64,000 nt of DNA from Saccostrea echinata (Eukaryota). Location: assembly GCF_033153115.1 (NCBI RefSeq), contig NW_026889759.1, positions 8,742,001 through 8,806,000 on the forward strand, written 5' to 3'. The notes under the pieces are model-generated. The model worked only from the letters and a program-made list of their open reading frames with translations, did no database searches and was not told where the DNA came from. Positions 1-13,009 of this stretch are shown one piece after another; within the stretch, counting starts at the first letter, position 1, and each line of letters starts with the position of its first letter. The position numbers and the translations under genes are program-made.

Positions 1-1474
1 TTCCTAGACCCAACATTAATTGAATTTAGTTTATCTTCTACACGTAAAGCTAAGTCAAATATTTCATACAAATATTTCCTATAGTGTATCCTCGGAGGGT
101 CTAAGAAGCAGATACTGAGTGAATAGCCACATAAGCCGGTATACGCAGGAATTGTCCTTGCTCATTTGATCGTGACCCAAGTTTATATTAAACAGGCAAT
201 CCTCCCAAACAATAGCTTATATCTGATGAATAGGTAATATATGTCACATAGACATTTACAGATTTTACCATTACTTTTCTTTTTTTATTTAATTTATGCA
301 ATATACTGATCTTTTTTAAAATAAAAAAGGTAATTTTTTTTAAAGGGGTTATAAGGCAGGAAGCAATGAATTGTATTTTTTTTTTTAACTCGATTTGCAT
401 CTTTTCCCATTTTTGCATTGTTAATTAAAATCTATACAGAAATCAGTCCATTGTATTCTTAGGCCAGTTCTGCTTTTATCAGTGCTCCATGAGGCCTGAC
501 TATCTTGATGCCGGGGATAAATAATCGTCATACACCCCAGACTCTAAATTTAATTTATCCCCTTCTTACACAAGACAAAACACAACCAGCCCTTTGACTT
601 GCAGAGATTTTTATGAGTGAATATCAGGTACCAAGGGTCTGTTTATTTTGGCAGGTTCCAGGTGGTGACCGGTCAAGTGGTTCTGTTGGGAAACAAAGAC
701 AGTAAAACCGATTAACATGTAATATCAAGTGGAAAATAAATTCTGACCACTCAATACACAAAATAACAAGTTTTAAAGGGTATAATATAACCATGATCAG
801 GTGGATTTCACACTTTCGCCAACAAACAAGGTTCACTTGTGAAAACTAAACCACAAATTAAGACTACACTTTCATTCAGTTTTGAGAACCCTTTCATAAT
901 TTACTGTCTAACTTTGGATCTGACTTTCACATCTCATGATATCATGCAATGAAGCCATTGTTTAGGTCAACTTCCCACAAGAAAATCAGGAAGACATACA
1001 TGCATTGAAAATAACACCACTGTAATTTAGGACTTGGTCTATATTCCTGGACATAAATGCCTCATACAACAGAATTATGAATCATGTTTTGTGGTGGAAA
1101 TGATAAAACAACACCTGCACTTTAATATATACAGATCAATTATTACAAATCCTAGCTGCATAAATGCATTTTTACCTGTTTTTCTATATACCTTTTCTTC
1201 AAATATCAATATTGAATTTGATCGTGCATGAATAAATTTCATTCATTCCATGTTTATAATAAAATAATCAAAATAAAGCTGAACATTGGTAAGTATTTAA
1301 GCATTCATTGAGAAGAAGGCAACAGCATGCAGCAATATCATTCTAGAGCATGGCTGCATGTGTACGTTCCCATGATAATGATCCCTGTTCTTATCAATCA
1401 GCTAACTACAGGTATATTATATGTATTGAGTACTACAATATTACTTATAGTCAGACTTAAGGTGTAATATTAGC

Positions 1475-1594
1475 TACACAGTCAGTTAGGGACCTAATAC
1501 GGAGTCATACAGGGTGTGAAATCGCCGAGTCCCCGTACGGATTTCCATTTCACACCCTGTATGACTCTGTATTAGGTCCCTAACTGACTGTGTA
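1475..1594. repeat. Long hairpin/palindrome with 48-bp arms and a 24-nt loop
   Basis: 1475-1522 is the reverse complement of 1547-1594 with one mismatch, which would be a G-U pair in RNA. Confidence 0.85.
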
Positions 1595-2611
1595 ACGAAT
1601 TTATCCCACTGAAGACCTTTTTAAATATTTCAAAAAAATTCTATGAGCATATTATCAAAACATCAAGTTTTATGAGCATATTATCAAAATATCAAGTTTT
1701 AATCCAATAACAATCAACATAAAATATCATAACAAGTAACAAACCGTTTCTTAGCCTCCATTTTTATTTACAATAATGGCCCTTATAACAGAATTGCATA
1801 CTGGATTTTAATATTACCCCCGGACGGAGACGTAATACAGAAATTTTAGGGCATCATGTGATTAGCTTTTATCCAATCATTAATCTACAAATTTGTCTGA
1901 AGCAGGATAACACTATTTATCTGTCTACTTATTTTATAATATTTAAAAATAAGTGCACCTGTATGTCACAGGCTCATTAGCTTTATTATAAATCAAAGTG
2001 ATTTCTGTCTAATTACATACACATGTAATATGTTAAAATCATATTTATGCAGTGACTATGAAGTAGCTATTGCACATAATGTCTTAAAACAGAAATCTGC
2101 TAAGATAAGCACACATTCACACAGTCATATGATTATTTATACATTCTTTACACATTACATACCCTTTCTGAATGGCATATTTAGTGCTAATAATACACTC
2201 TAACATGATTTAAAATGTCAAGAGTAATCTCCCTTGAGCACAATCCAAATGCAAACAAAATATAAATTACCAGCTTTGTGATAGTTGCACTCTTGGGGGG
2301 AAATATGAAAGAAGTAGTCAATGAAACTCTTAAAGTTGATGACATAATTTATATTAATTTAAATTTGTAAGAGATAATGGCACAAAGATTATGATAATAT
2401 TGTATTTTAAGGATAGAATCTCAAAAAAGAACAATTTACTGGTAAACTGACATGTATAAAATACAGTTCAGAGTCCTTGAAAAGTGTTAGTAATGTTGAA
2501 TTATTTGACATATGTCATATAATGCATATGTCACAAGTTAGTTTATTGTCTATCTAAATGTCTGACAAAAACATTGGAATCTATAAGAAACATAATTGTT
2601 ACTCTATATAA

Positions 2612-4921
2612 GGCCAAACAAAAAAATGTGTGGTTCCGGTTACACCTCCAAAAAAATTAGGGTAGGTAGGTAGGGATTTTTATTTTTTATTTCATTTTTT
2701 ATTTTTTTTTTACAAAATAATTTTTCTAAATAATACCTATCACTACTTTGCAAGTGGCGTTTAGATGTGGCATGATAATATACAAGTCAACATTGGTAGG
2801 GACACCCTAGTTATGAATATGAAACAAATATTTTAAAATCAAAAATAATAAACACACTAATAATCTTATTAATTTCTTTTTTGTAAAAAAAAAAAAGTTT
2901 GAGGTGAACATCTTTTTTTTTAAATCCATGTTTATAAATGAAATTAATGACTTTTATCCAGAGTAATTTTTATTTTATTTAATAATAAATTTTGAATGAT
3001 AAACTAGAAAACGGGCATAGAGTACTGATAAGAGCTGTCAGTGGAAATATATTTAATATTGTGAAAATGTTAAATTCTTACAATGAAATTTTTTTGCCTC
3101 ATTGAAGACTTTATACTTACAAGCTCATTTCTCAAATATGAATTGTACGATGGCCGACAGCGGCCGCCACTTTCTGATTAAGAATATTGTCATTTTGTAC
3201 AGCGTTTTTGTCAATTTTCGTTGACATATTACAACTAAACTGGTAATGCTATATGTACATGTACACTTTTTACACTGACAATTTACACCAGCGAAAAACA
3301 TTAAAATTCCTTCGTGTGATATGAAATTAAGATACATAAAACAGGTGGCTTGAAAGAGATAAAGAGCATTTTAATGATTTTCACCCTAAATTAGTCTGAG
3401 ATATCGTAACCCAGTTAATACTAGATTAGACGTAAATCGTCATTCTGTCATCTTGTATCATTAAAAAGATATTCTTGGGATTGTAATTAAAAAGGCGAAT
3501 AAAAGTAATACGTTTGTTGTAATGGATATACATGAATATAACGGATATATCTCGATCCTCAAAGTGTATGAGACAACTCGATTCTACCTATTACGTAGAG
3601 GTAGAAAAACAGGATTTAGTAGCTCTATATGTGAGCATCCAATCAAAAGTTTATGGAATGTATCAATAACAAAACTTTAGATACGGAAATATACCCGTTT
3701 TTAAGCAAGAATAAAATGACAACCTTAAATGTGGGAGTCTGTATTTGCTCTCTAAATACATAAAATTAATAACTAAATGCTTGAAACACTTTTAAAGGCC
3801 AACGCAACCTCTCAAGACTTCCACCTGGTCGGTCAATTATTTTTCAATGTGGCACGGGAATGAAAATATAGGTACATGTAACTAATGTGATCATTTCCTC
3901 GTGCGCATTGTTTAAAAAACAAAATTCATACATCAAAGACACGTCCGATTATGAACAAAATCAAATTTCTGATAGACCTGGAAAATGTCATCCTGGTTAC
4001 CTATGATGTGACCAGCAGGTACACCAACATGGAATTTTATGAATTAATTACTACAATCTGTCGAGAAAGCATATCTAGAAGACAATACTAATCTGTAATC
4101 ACCCCGACCTTGCTGTTCTGCTAGAACCTTAAGCTTATCACCTTCAAGTAACCTGTTTTATGTATCTTCATTTCATATCACAAGAAAGAATTTTAATGAT
4201 TTTCTCCAGTGTAAATTGTCAGTGTAAAAACTGTATATGGACATATAGCATTACCAGTTTAGTTGTAATTTGTCAACGAAAATTGACAAAAAAGCTGTAC
4301 AAAATGACAATATTCAGAATCAAAAGTGGTGGCCGCTGTCGGCCATCGTAGAATTGGTACTATGTGAGTTGACTTTATACAGGTAAAATCAGCTGTCTTG
4401 TTTTTTACTTTTCCTCATTAACTGTTTTTTGTTCTACTTTTGGTTTAAAAGAAACGATCCTGATTTAAATTATTTCATAATTTACAAGTTAATCTGTCTT
4501 ACACATTGGGCTATTTCTTGCGTAATCAATGCAATCAAATGATGTTTTCTCATGCCCTAACTCCCAAAGGCATATTACCTGGCCAGCTGTCTGTGAATGT
4601 ATATTTATTTAATTTTGGCAAGCAAAAACAAAACGAAGCAAAAAAACATGGTGCTGGAAAAAAGGAATGCTTCTGCGCTATGCTAACTTGCTTTAGATTT
4701 AATACTATCAATTGAACACTTGCACTAAGTGTTGAACATGTTGAAACGATGTTTTGCATGGAGGCCGCCATTGCTGAAACTAAAATTAATACTGGAGCCG
4801 ATGACGGAAAGCTGGGAAAATTCCGGAAATAAATGAAAATTGCCGGAAAAAAGTTTAGGGTTGGGGGTATAAAATAGGGACGGTCAGGTAACCGGAACCA
4901 CACATATTTTTTTATTTGGCC
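2612..4921. mobile_element. Non-autonomous DNA transposon, PIF/Harbinger-like
   Basis: TIRs GGCCAAA..AAAAAAT..GTGTGGTTCCGGTTAC at both ends; TAA on both flanks (2609-2611, 4922-4924); no transposase ORF. Confidence 0.65.
3141..4355. repeat. Internal ~205-bp inverted repeat pair, probably a nested MITE
   Basis: 3141-3345 and 4151-4355 are reverse complements, which explains the mirror ORFs 3125..3337(-) and 4160..4351(+). Confidence 0.7.
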
Positions 4922-7653
4922 TAAGTACTCTTTCTCACGCTCATCAATTTAATTAAAAAGAGCACAAATATAGCAAATAAACTGAATCAATATCTTAGTA
5001 TTTTCAATGCAAAATATATTTTATTTTGTAAATGTAGAAGTTTAGTTGAAATTAAAACCATAATTTGTCAGAATGATTGAGTCGATCTGTTCTGAGATTA
5101 CAAGTTTGATATCAGGAGAAAAGATAAGGCATTTCAAGATGTATACTAAAATCATACGACAAAAAATATGTTTATGCAATTTAAATAAATTAAACTACCT
5201 TTGAGTGATAATTGATTAAGTACTAACAATCAGGAGAGAGCATTGGCCATACAGCAAAGGTATAGACAGAGACAGTGATATACAGTCAAGCCTTGTTAAT
5301 CAAGACACTTAATATGTTCCGGAGATTGTGCGCTCTTTTGTGAAAAAGTCGGAAAATGTACAAATCTTTGATAGCATAAAAGTATTGAATTTACCTTGAA
5401 GCTTTTGAATATCAGATTTATTCAGTAAGGTGTACTCTTCCATTTATATCTTAGGTAGTCCTTTCAAGTCAAAAAGACTCTTTCCTACTGTAGTCACCAC
5501 CTTGATAATTTCTAACTCCAAACCTACTGTAAATCTAAAAAAAAAAAATTCAATTATAAGTCTGGTAATTATATCAAAGTCTTTTTTATTCTAAAGATTC
5601 TATTCTAAGTTAAATAAAATTATAAAAATTCAATATGAAAATACATGTATTTATTCATTCATGTATATAGATAAGATCATCTTGTATATTTATTGAGAAA
5701 AAGGCTCCAAAAAGATTAATAAAACACAAATAAGATAATAATTAAATATACAGTGCAAAAATACAAATACCTATCATGGATTGAAAAGTTCAACAATGAA
5801 TTATATGGTATAGAACTACATGTAAGAACAATATAAATATCTACTGTTGGATACCCTGTAGTCAATATCTTAACAGAAGTAATGTAGGAAAATCTTAAAT
5901 GCATTGTTTTTAAGCAGACTTTATGAGAAGCAGTTTACATCTTCTTAGTAAGCTTTATGTTCTCTGAACAGAATATTAGGTAATTACTTCTGAATATCCT
6001 ACTCAGAATACTCAATACTTGAGGGCGAGTGATAGAATTGAAAGCGCTTGTTTTATGGTGTCGAGGTGACTATTTTCAGTGAGTGTGACTAAAATGGGTA
6101 GTAAAACCCGGGCCGGGCCGGGAATTTCGAAACTGAAAACCGGGTTTTTGACAATTACGGAATAAATACTTATTCTTTCTTAATGAAATTTACGGACATA
6201 ATTCATAACAATAAAATTTGCCTTCGCTGAACATTTTAATTCAAAATATTGTGTTTTTCAATGACTATCAACGATCGTCCTTTTCTTGGTGACTAAAATG
6301 GTTAGCAAGGCCTGTTAACTCATTTTTGTGATTTAAAGCTTATTGCAATCAAAAAGTATGAGATATTTGCATTTGATCGTTGTATCTTAACTTGAAATAC
6401 CTAAATATTACAATTATTATTAAATTAAACAGCAATTATTAGAATTCTGACCATATTTATAGACCCGGGACAGGTCAAAACCGGACGCGTTTGCCCGGGA
6501 CAAACTGAAAAATTCCGAATTATTGCAAGAAACCCGGGTGCAGAGAAAAGAAGGTATATTTTTTATAGTCACTTACCTATATACATAAGAAAATAAAATA
6601 GGAAAATAAAAAAATTGAATAAAAATACGCAACAGTCAATTTACATTTTATAACATTGACAAGTTTTTCTGCACAATTACCTTGGTATTCAGGTATTAAT
6701 TTGAAATTAATAAGCAGCTTAATGTCAGCACAGCTGGCTTGGAACACGGGTATTAATTAAGATTCATAAAGTTATTATCAGTAAATATGATAATATCTGC
6801 ACAGCTGGCTTGGTATACATGTATTAACTGGGAATTGTAATTAAATTTAATATTCTGAGTTTGTGTTCATCGTTTAATTTCTATCAAGATGAAAGTGAAT
6901 TCATTTAACAAATTATTTTTAATTGGATGAGTTATTTTAAGATTTCCTATATATAACATCAGTAGCAACTGATGTTTCAATACTTTAGTACCGGCCTTCG
7001 TGTGATGTACACACATTAGCGCACTTAGATTCTCACGAATCTCAAATGAATAGGTATGCAGGTTTATTTTTTGTTCAAATAAAATATGAAATATCAATTT
7101 ATGTTGACTTTCAACTCATCGCACTGGACACATTGAATTAATATGCTGTGTACCAAACAAAACTACTAGCTGTTATTGATTAATTTTTTCAATAAAATTT
7201 AAAAAAAATAAATAAATAAATAAAAAAAAAACACACACACAGCATATTAATTTGATTCAGGTATAGTATAACATGTATGGATACCTAACGGTGACAACTA
7301 AGTACATGTCTACTTCATTTTTCAACACCACACATCTCCTTTCATATCTGTGTCTGAGTTCCTTCGGGAGCTTCTGGGAGGAGATAATGCTGGACATCGG
7401 GGATAACTGCAATACAGCTGTATATGCTATATGAAGTTTTCACCCATTGCACGTCCTAACTCCCAGCCAGGTATTACAAAGAAAGGAGATGCTATTTTTA
7501 TTGAGAGGAATTACAGAAGGACAAAGTAGTTGACTACGTACAAGAGTATCAGTATATGAAAACGAATAATGTATAAGAGTGCAAAACTTGGATAAGGGGG
7601 TTATATCAAGAAAAAGGATTGCTTTTGAGATTCAGAGATTACAGACTGAATGA

Positions 7654-10600
7654 GGATTTGGAGTTACTCCAAATGCAACCCTACTACATTGCTGGAACCA
7701 CATATATAGTGATGCCAAACACTGGATCAAACAGCATGGTGGCAATAGTGACGACCAACTTGTCTATATCAACAACTTGAAGGAATTGCTACAGACAGAA
7801 AATGAAGAAAACTACAACGAAAAGTTAGAGGAAGTATCGCAGTACTGGAGCAAACCTTTTCTGGATTATTACAATGGCAAACTACACGAGGACGTAATTC
7901 AGCATTCGTCAAAATGGGTTCTGGAAGAACACAAGGTTTATGACCCTTATTCCGGTGTGACCAACAACATGTCAGAAAGCATGAATGCAGTCATTAAGAG
8001 GATGATGCAATGGAAACAAGCTCCATTAGATGCTACAGTGTTAGCCTTTAATTATTTGCAAAAGTTTTATGTTTACGAGACAATGAGAGGACTTTGTGGT
8101 ATAGGAAATTACAGACTAAAAAACATTCACTCAGGTGCTGCTGTTGATAAGTGCGATGTAGCCTTCCCAAATGATGTTTGTGCCCCAGAGAAAATTGTGG
8201 ACCTTGTGAAAGGAAAGTTGGTTGAGAATGTTAAGGAAGTTGAAGAAGAGAAAGACCAAGAGAGAGATCTGCCAAATAATGCCACTATTATTGACGAGAA
8301 AGAGCAACAGAGTACGACCCAAAGGTCCTTGGCAATGGCTGCTGTGAAAGACAAAAGGGTATTCCATGTACCAGAAGCAGGATCTTTTGTGGTGAAAGGT
8401 TCTAATGGGTGAATTCAAAAAAAATGACCACCAAACTGAATTTTTTTGGCAAAATTCAACTACTTATAACATATTTTTCACTTATATCATCATATTGCAA
8501 ATGCATTCTAGTTTAAAATCCTGAAGTGGCAATAGAATAGATAATTGGATTAAATAGTTTCAGAATTTTTAAGAGTAAAATTTCTTTTGAAAAAATAAAA
8601 TATCATGACACCTTAAAAGACTTTCTAAAATACATAATCACAAGAAATTATAGTTTTTTATGCTTCAAAATGGTAAAAGGGGTATAAATGATTAAATCTA
8701 GACCTTGAATGAGTATCTTCTCTTGTACATGTGACAAAAAATTGGCTTTTTGATTGTTATTTTACATTATTTTTTCAATTCTGGTTTGAAAAGTTTTAAT
8801 ATGAAAAAAATATGAAGCAATAAAATTCCCCAAAATTCACTTTTTTGTCTGTTCAAGTCAATTCTTTAAAACTAAGCCAAAAAAGAATTGTTATATACGA
8901 GTTCTCTTACAAAAAATACTAGATTTTGAAGTGACCCTATGTTACATTATTGTGTTGCACTCCTGACATCTGATATGTATTTTATTTAACATTGTTTTAA
9001 AAATTATAACACACAATAACCCACTCTTACTTTGTAAATCAATTTGTTGTGTTGATATTTTTCATCGTTTACAGAAGGTTTTTCATATTTTGAAGACCTT
9101 AAAACATGATTATTTGCAAAGTGTAATATATATAAATTTTATTTAAAATATATGTGAAATGATGAAAACTATTCCCTGAATTGACTGTAAAATTTCTGTA
9201 ATTTGTTGATAGACATAGTGTTTTGAACATCAAATAGTATCAAGCATTTTTTTTTCAACTTATTTTTTAGTAAAGATAGTTAAAAAGCATCGGTAATTAT
9301 GAAGCAGTTTTGTTGCACTCCTGACTGCAGTAAAGTTTAAAATTAAAACCATAGAACACAAAAATTCATAAAGTGTTGGCAACATCAAGTGGTAATGAAA
9401 TTGTGCAATACTTATAGTCCAATACTTCATAATTAAAACAGATGAAAGTATTTAAAATTCACATTTTATCTGGAATTATACCCTATTTTATGCCAAAAAA
9501 CTAGCTTAAATGAATATTTAGAAGATAAAATATATTTTAAAGCATATTTTCCTTTAGAGGACAAACACAGTAACCCACCAGAAAAATTGTACTCATCATT
9601 TTTTCTTTATTTTTATTCTTGGTGGATGATTTATAATTCTAACATATTTGTTGCACTCCTGACCAAAAGCATTGGGGCCTTTAAAGTAGAATTGTGAAGT
9701 GAAAATTACATAAGAACTTATTCTGTTGTTTCAGTGAAGTTGAGGAGGAATTACTTGAATTTAATGACAATGTTTTAGTGTGTTTATTTTTAACGTTCAT
9801 TAAAAAAATCACAAAAAAGAAAAAAACACATCTGAATTGATAAAATTGAAAAAGGATGGATTTTAATAATAAAACTATCAATAATTTAGCATTAAATTAT
9901 ACAAAAAGATCATTATTAATTAATGGATACCTCTAAGCATGAATAGAAGTCTTTTCGACACACAACTTGAATCTTTAAAAAAATGTGTTGCACTCCTGAC
10001 CATAGAAATATAGATCTGAAGCACAGACAGATCCTGTAATTGATAAATCTATTTGGTAAAAATGCTCTTTGTGTCTTTATTTTCCAAAATAAAAATCAGA
10101 AAATCATATAATGATAATAGTTTTTTCATGCTTGGGAGCAAAACATCAAATGTTGCACTCCTGACATTTTTGGGTATGCACATATACTTGACTCTCATTA
10201 ATGCTGCTTGTGATTTATATAACATTTTTACGTTTTAAAATGTATATCAGTTATTATTTTACACTTCCAAAATTCTTTTTTGTCTTAATTTTCTATCAGA
10301 ATTTTACAATTGATGTTTTTTTGGCAACACTACATTTTTTCTGTTGCACTCCTGACATGGTATAACATTTTTTTAAACATCAGTCATGACCACAACTTGA
10401 TTAAACAAAAGTTATGACAGTCCACATTTAAAGCTCAATACTTTGAATATTATCAGGAAAGTCTTTATTTTCAACATGAAGCATTGTTTTTTATTTCACA
10501 GATCTCCAAAAAATATTGAAATTTCAAAATGTCACAAAAAGGTGTTGCACTCCTGACAATTTTAGCATCATTTTTGGGCATAACTTTTTTGTTAATTGAG

Positions 10601-11829
10601 ATATCAACGAGATATTTGGCAGGTATTTAGACACTATCTAAAGACATATGCTGAGACGTAGAAGTCTATTTTTATTGCCTGTATTTTTAGTTTGGGTTGA
10701 TAAATATGCGTTTGGTCATTTTTTTTTAATTCACCCTAATGGGGATAATTATAGCGTTTCTTTGTTTCCAGAAAAATGCCAATGTCCATCCGTCGGCACT
10801 TGCTACCACATCATGGCAGTAAAAATGAGTATCGGAGAGGAAAATATCGAGGAAAAATGGATATACAATCTGACACAGCTGCGAAGGAACAACAGGAAAA
10901 GGGTAAACAAAAAAGCAGGCACCAAAAAACCAAGACCATGTGACAAAGATGTAACAATAAAATTTGAGGACGAGAATTTTTTAAACACAGAAAAGGAAGA
11001 GACAAGCACTGAAATAAGGGAAAATCCAGATGCGGAAAATTGGATAGAAAATGGCAAAAACATTCTTACCATCAAACACAAAAATGACATTCAGAATAAT
11101 TCCATGCTGTGTAGTGATGTAATAAACTTTGCACAAACCATCCTGAAGCAACAGTTTCCTCAGATTAATGGATTCCAACACACTGGATATGCCCCAATTA
11201 TAAAAGAAGGAAACTGGGAGTACAAATTACAGATGTCACCAGAGAAAGCTCCTGTAGCTCAAATTCACCACACTGGTTATCAGCACTGGATTGCTAGTTT
11301 GCAAATGAATGAAAGCGATAAAGTTATGATTTTGGACAGTTGCAATAAGAAGAGAGATTATATATCACAATCAACCCAGTTACAGCTTGGGAAGTTGTAT
11401 GGAAGAGGAGAAAAAACTTTGAATGTGTCCATCTTGGATGTGCAACAACAAACAAATGGTATTGACTGTGGCGTCTTTGCAATTGCCAATATAACAGATT
11501 TTTGCATTGCAAAAGACATCAAGGACCAACCGATACAGTATGACATAGGGAAAATGAGGGATCATTTAATAAAATGCTTGGAAGAGAAAAAATTTGAGGA
11601 ATTCCCTAAAAAGCAAAAACAGAAGAAACGCCTGAGTTTGACAAAGAAGCGAGAAAATATTCAGAAGATCAGTATGGACTGTGCAGCACGGTGTAGCCTT
11701 CCAAATGTGTATGATGACATGATTGTCTGTGAAAATCCATCTTGTGGACAATGGTATCATCTACGCTGTGTTGGAATCCAGGATCCAAAAGAGAGTCTCA
11801 TCTTCATTTGCCCATCGTGTGCTAACTGA
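7654..11829 (+). pseudogene. Disrupted MULE transposase-SWIM-Ulp1-like (C48) protease-PHD finger ORF
   Basis: CWNH (MULE CxxH) and TNNMSESMN (catalytic E); joining 8406 to 10741 restores KGSNGDNYSVSLFPEKCQCPSVGTCYH (SWIM); then HW..LDS..QQQTNGIDCG (C48 triad) and a C4HC3 PHD finger; N-terminal part not recoverable. Confidence 0.85.
8407..10736. mobile_element. Non-autonomous TIR element nested in the MULE ORF (Sola2-like termini and TSD)
   Basis: TIRs GGGTGAATT(C/A)AAAAAAAATGACCA; 4-bp TSD TAAT (8403-8406, 10737-10740); its removal restores the host frame. Confidence 0.85.
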
Positions 11830-13009
11830 ATTAATAAAAATATGAGGAATGAATTGTTTGTGTTTTTTTGTGTGTTTTTAATGGGAATATCACAAAACAG
11901 TATTCACTAGTGCTTCTTAAATTTACTTGTAAACCGAGTCTGTGCCTTGGTAGGGCGTTGTAGTAATACAATAAGAACGGTTTGCTAGTAACTATGTGAA
12001 TATAGTGCTTAGAAACATGAAATGAAATAAAAATATTAAAAACCTGTCTTTGTTTTTACTCTTATTTTTTAATTAGTATAGCATAAAACATTAGTGCTTT
12101 ATTTAAAGTCGGATGAAATGTAAACCGAGTCTGGACCCTGGTAGGGTGTTGTATTTATACAATAAGAACGGTTTATGTATTCTTTTTTAATGTTTGATGC
12201 ATGTAGATGTTATATATATTTCAAAAGGAGGGGGGTGGGTATACATTAGGCTCAAATGAGGATACCTCCGCGTGGTTTGGGCTGGGCAATGTCACGTAAG
12301 TGATAGCTAACATCCTCTCGTCAGCATTCCGGAAATTAAAGGTTCGTCCCGGGTAAACGTGTCCGGTTTTGGCCAGTCCCAGGTATTCAAAAAATGCGTA
12401 TATTTTTAATAATCAGGATATATTAATACAATAGTTAGATGTTTTTAGTAGTTTAAGTTCAATTTCAACGATCCAACAGACATAATTGCAAATAAGTTAT
12501 CGAAATTAAGTATGAAACATCAAAAAGTGTAAACCGGGCTTGCTACCCATTTTAGTCACCAGGAAAAGGACGATCGGTGATTATCATTGAAAAACACAAT
12601 ATTTTGAATTAAAATTTTCAGCGAAGGCAAATTTTATTGTTATGAATTATGTCCTTAAATTTCATTAAGAAAGAATAAGTATTCATTCCGTAATTGTCAA
12701 AAACCCGGTTTTCAGTTTCGAAATTCCCGGCCCGGCCCGGGTTTTACTACCCATTTTAGTCACACTCATTTTCAGTATTCTGAAAACAACCTTTCAGTTC
12801 TTGACAGTTTATGTGTTAGTGTTTATCTTAAAGTCTTTTTCGTTGAAAAACAAAATAATAATTCACACTTAAAATACGATTATTCTCTTCCTGTGGCTGT
12901 GAGTTGTGTATTGCTGTATGATGTATCCATCCATGTTCCATCGCCTAAAGTAAAAGTGAAAGTAGAGATGGACCAAAACTAGCTTCAGGAATTGAAGAGC
13001 ATTTTCATA

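Larger units (their letters stand above)
6081..12767 (+). mobile_element. Mutator-like element (MULE)
   Basis: >200-bp near-identical TIRs starting GAGTGTGACTAAAATGGGTAG; 9-bp TSD ATTTTCAGT (6072-6080, 12768-12776); internal MULE transposase remnant. Confidence 0.95.

Noticed and set aside
3125-4351. Pair of paralogous small ORFs on opposite strands
   Set aside because: By-product of the inverted repeat; no recognisable coding features
8953-10557. CRISPR-like repeat-spacer array
   Set aside because: Eukaryotic context, 15-bp repeats, 150-340-bp variable spacers, no cas genes, and enclosed by transposon TIRs
10648-10740. N-terminus of the 393-aa ORF as a real signal-peptide-like start
   Set aside because: These codons lie in the nested element's right end; the true upstream frame is the MULE ORF ending at 8406
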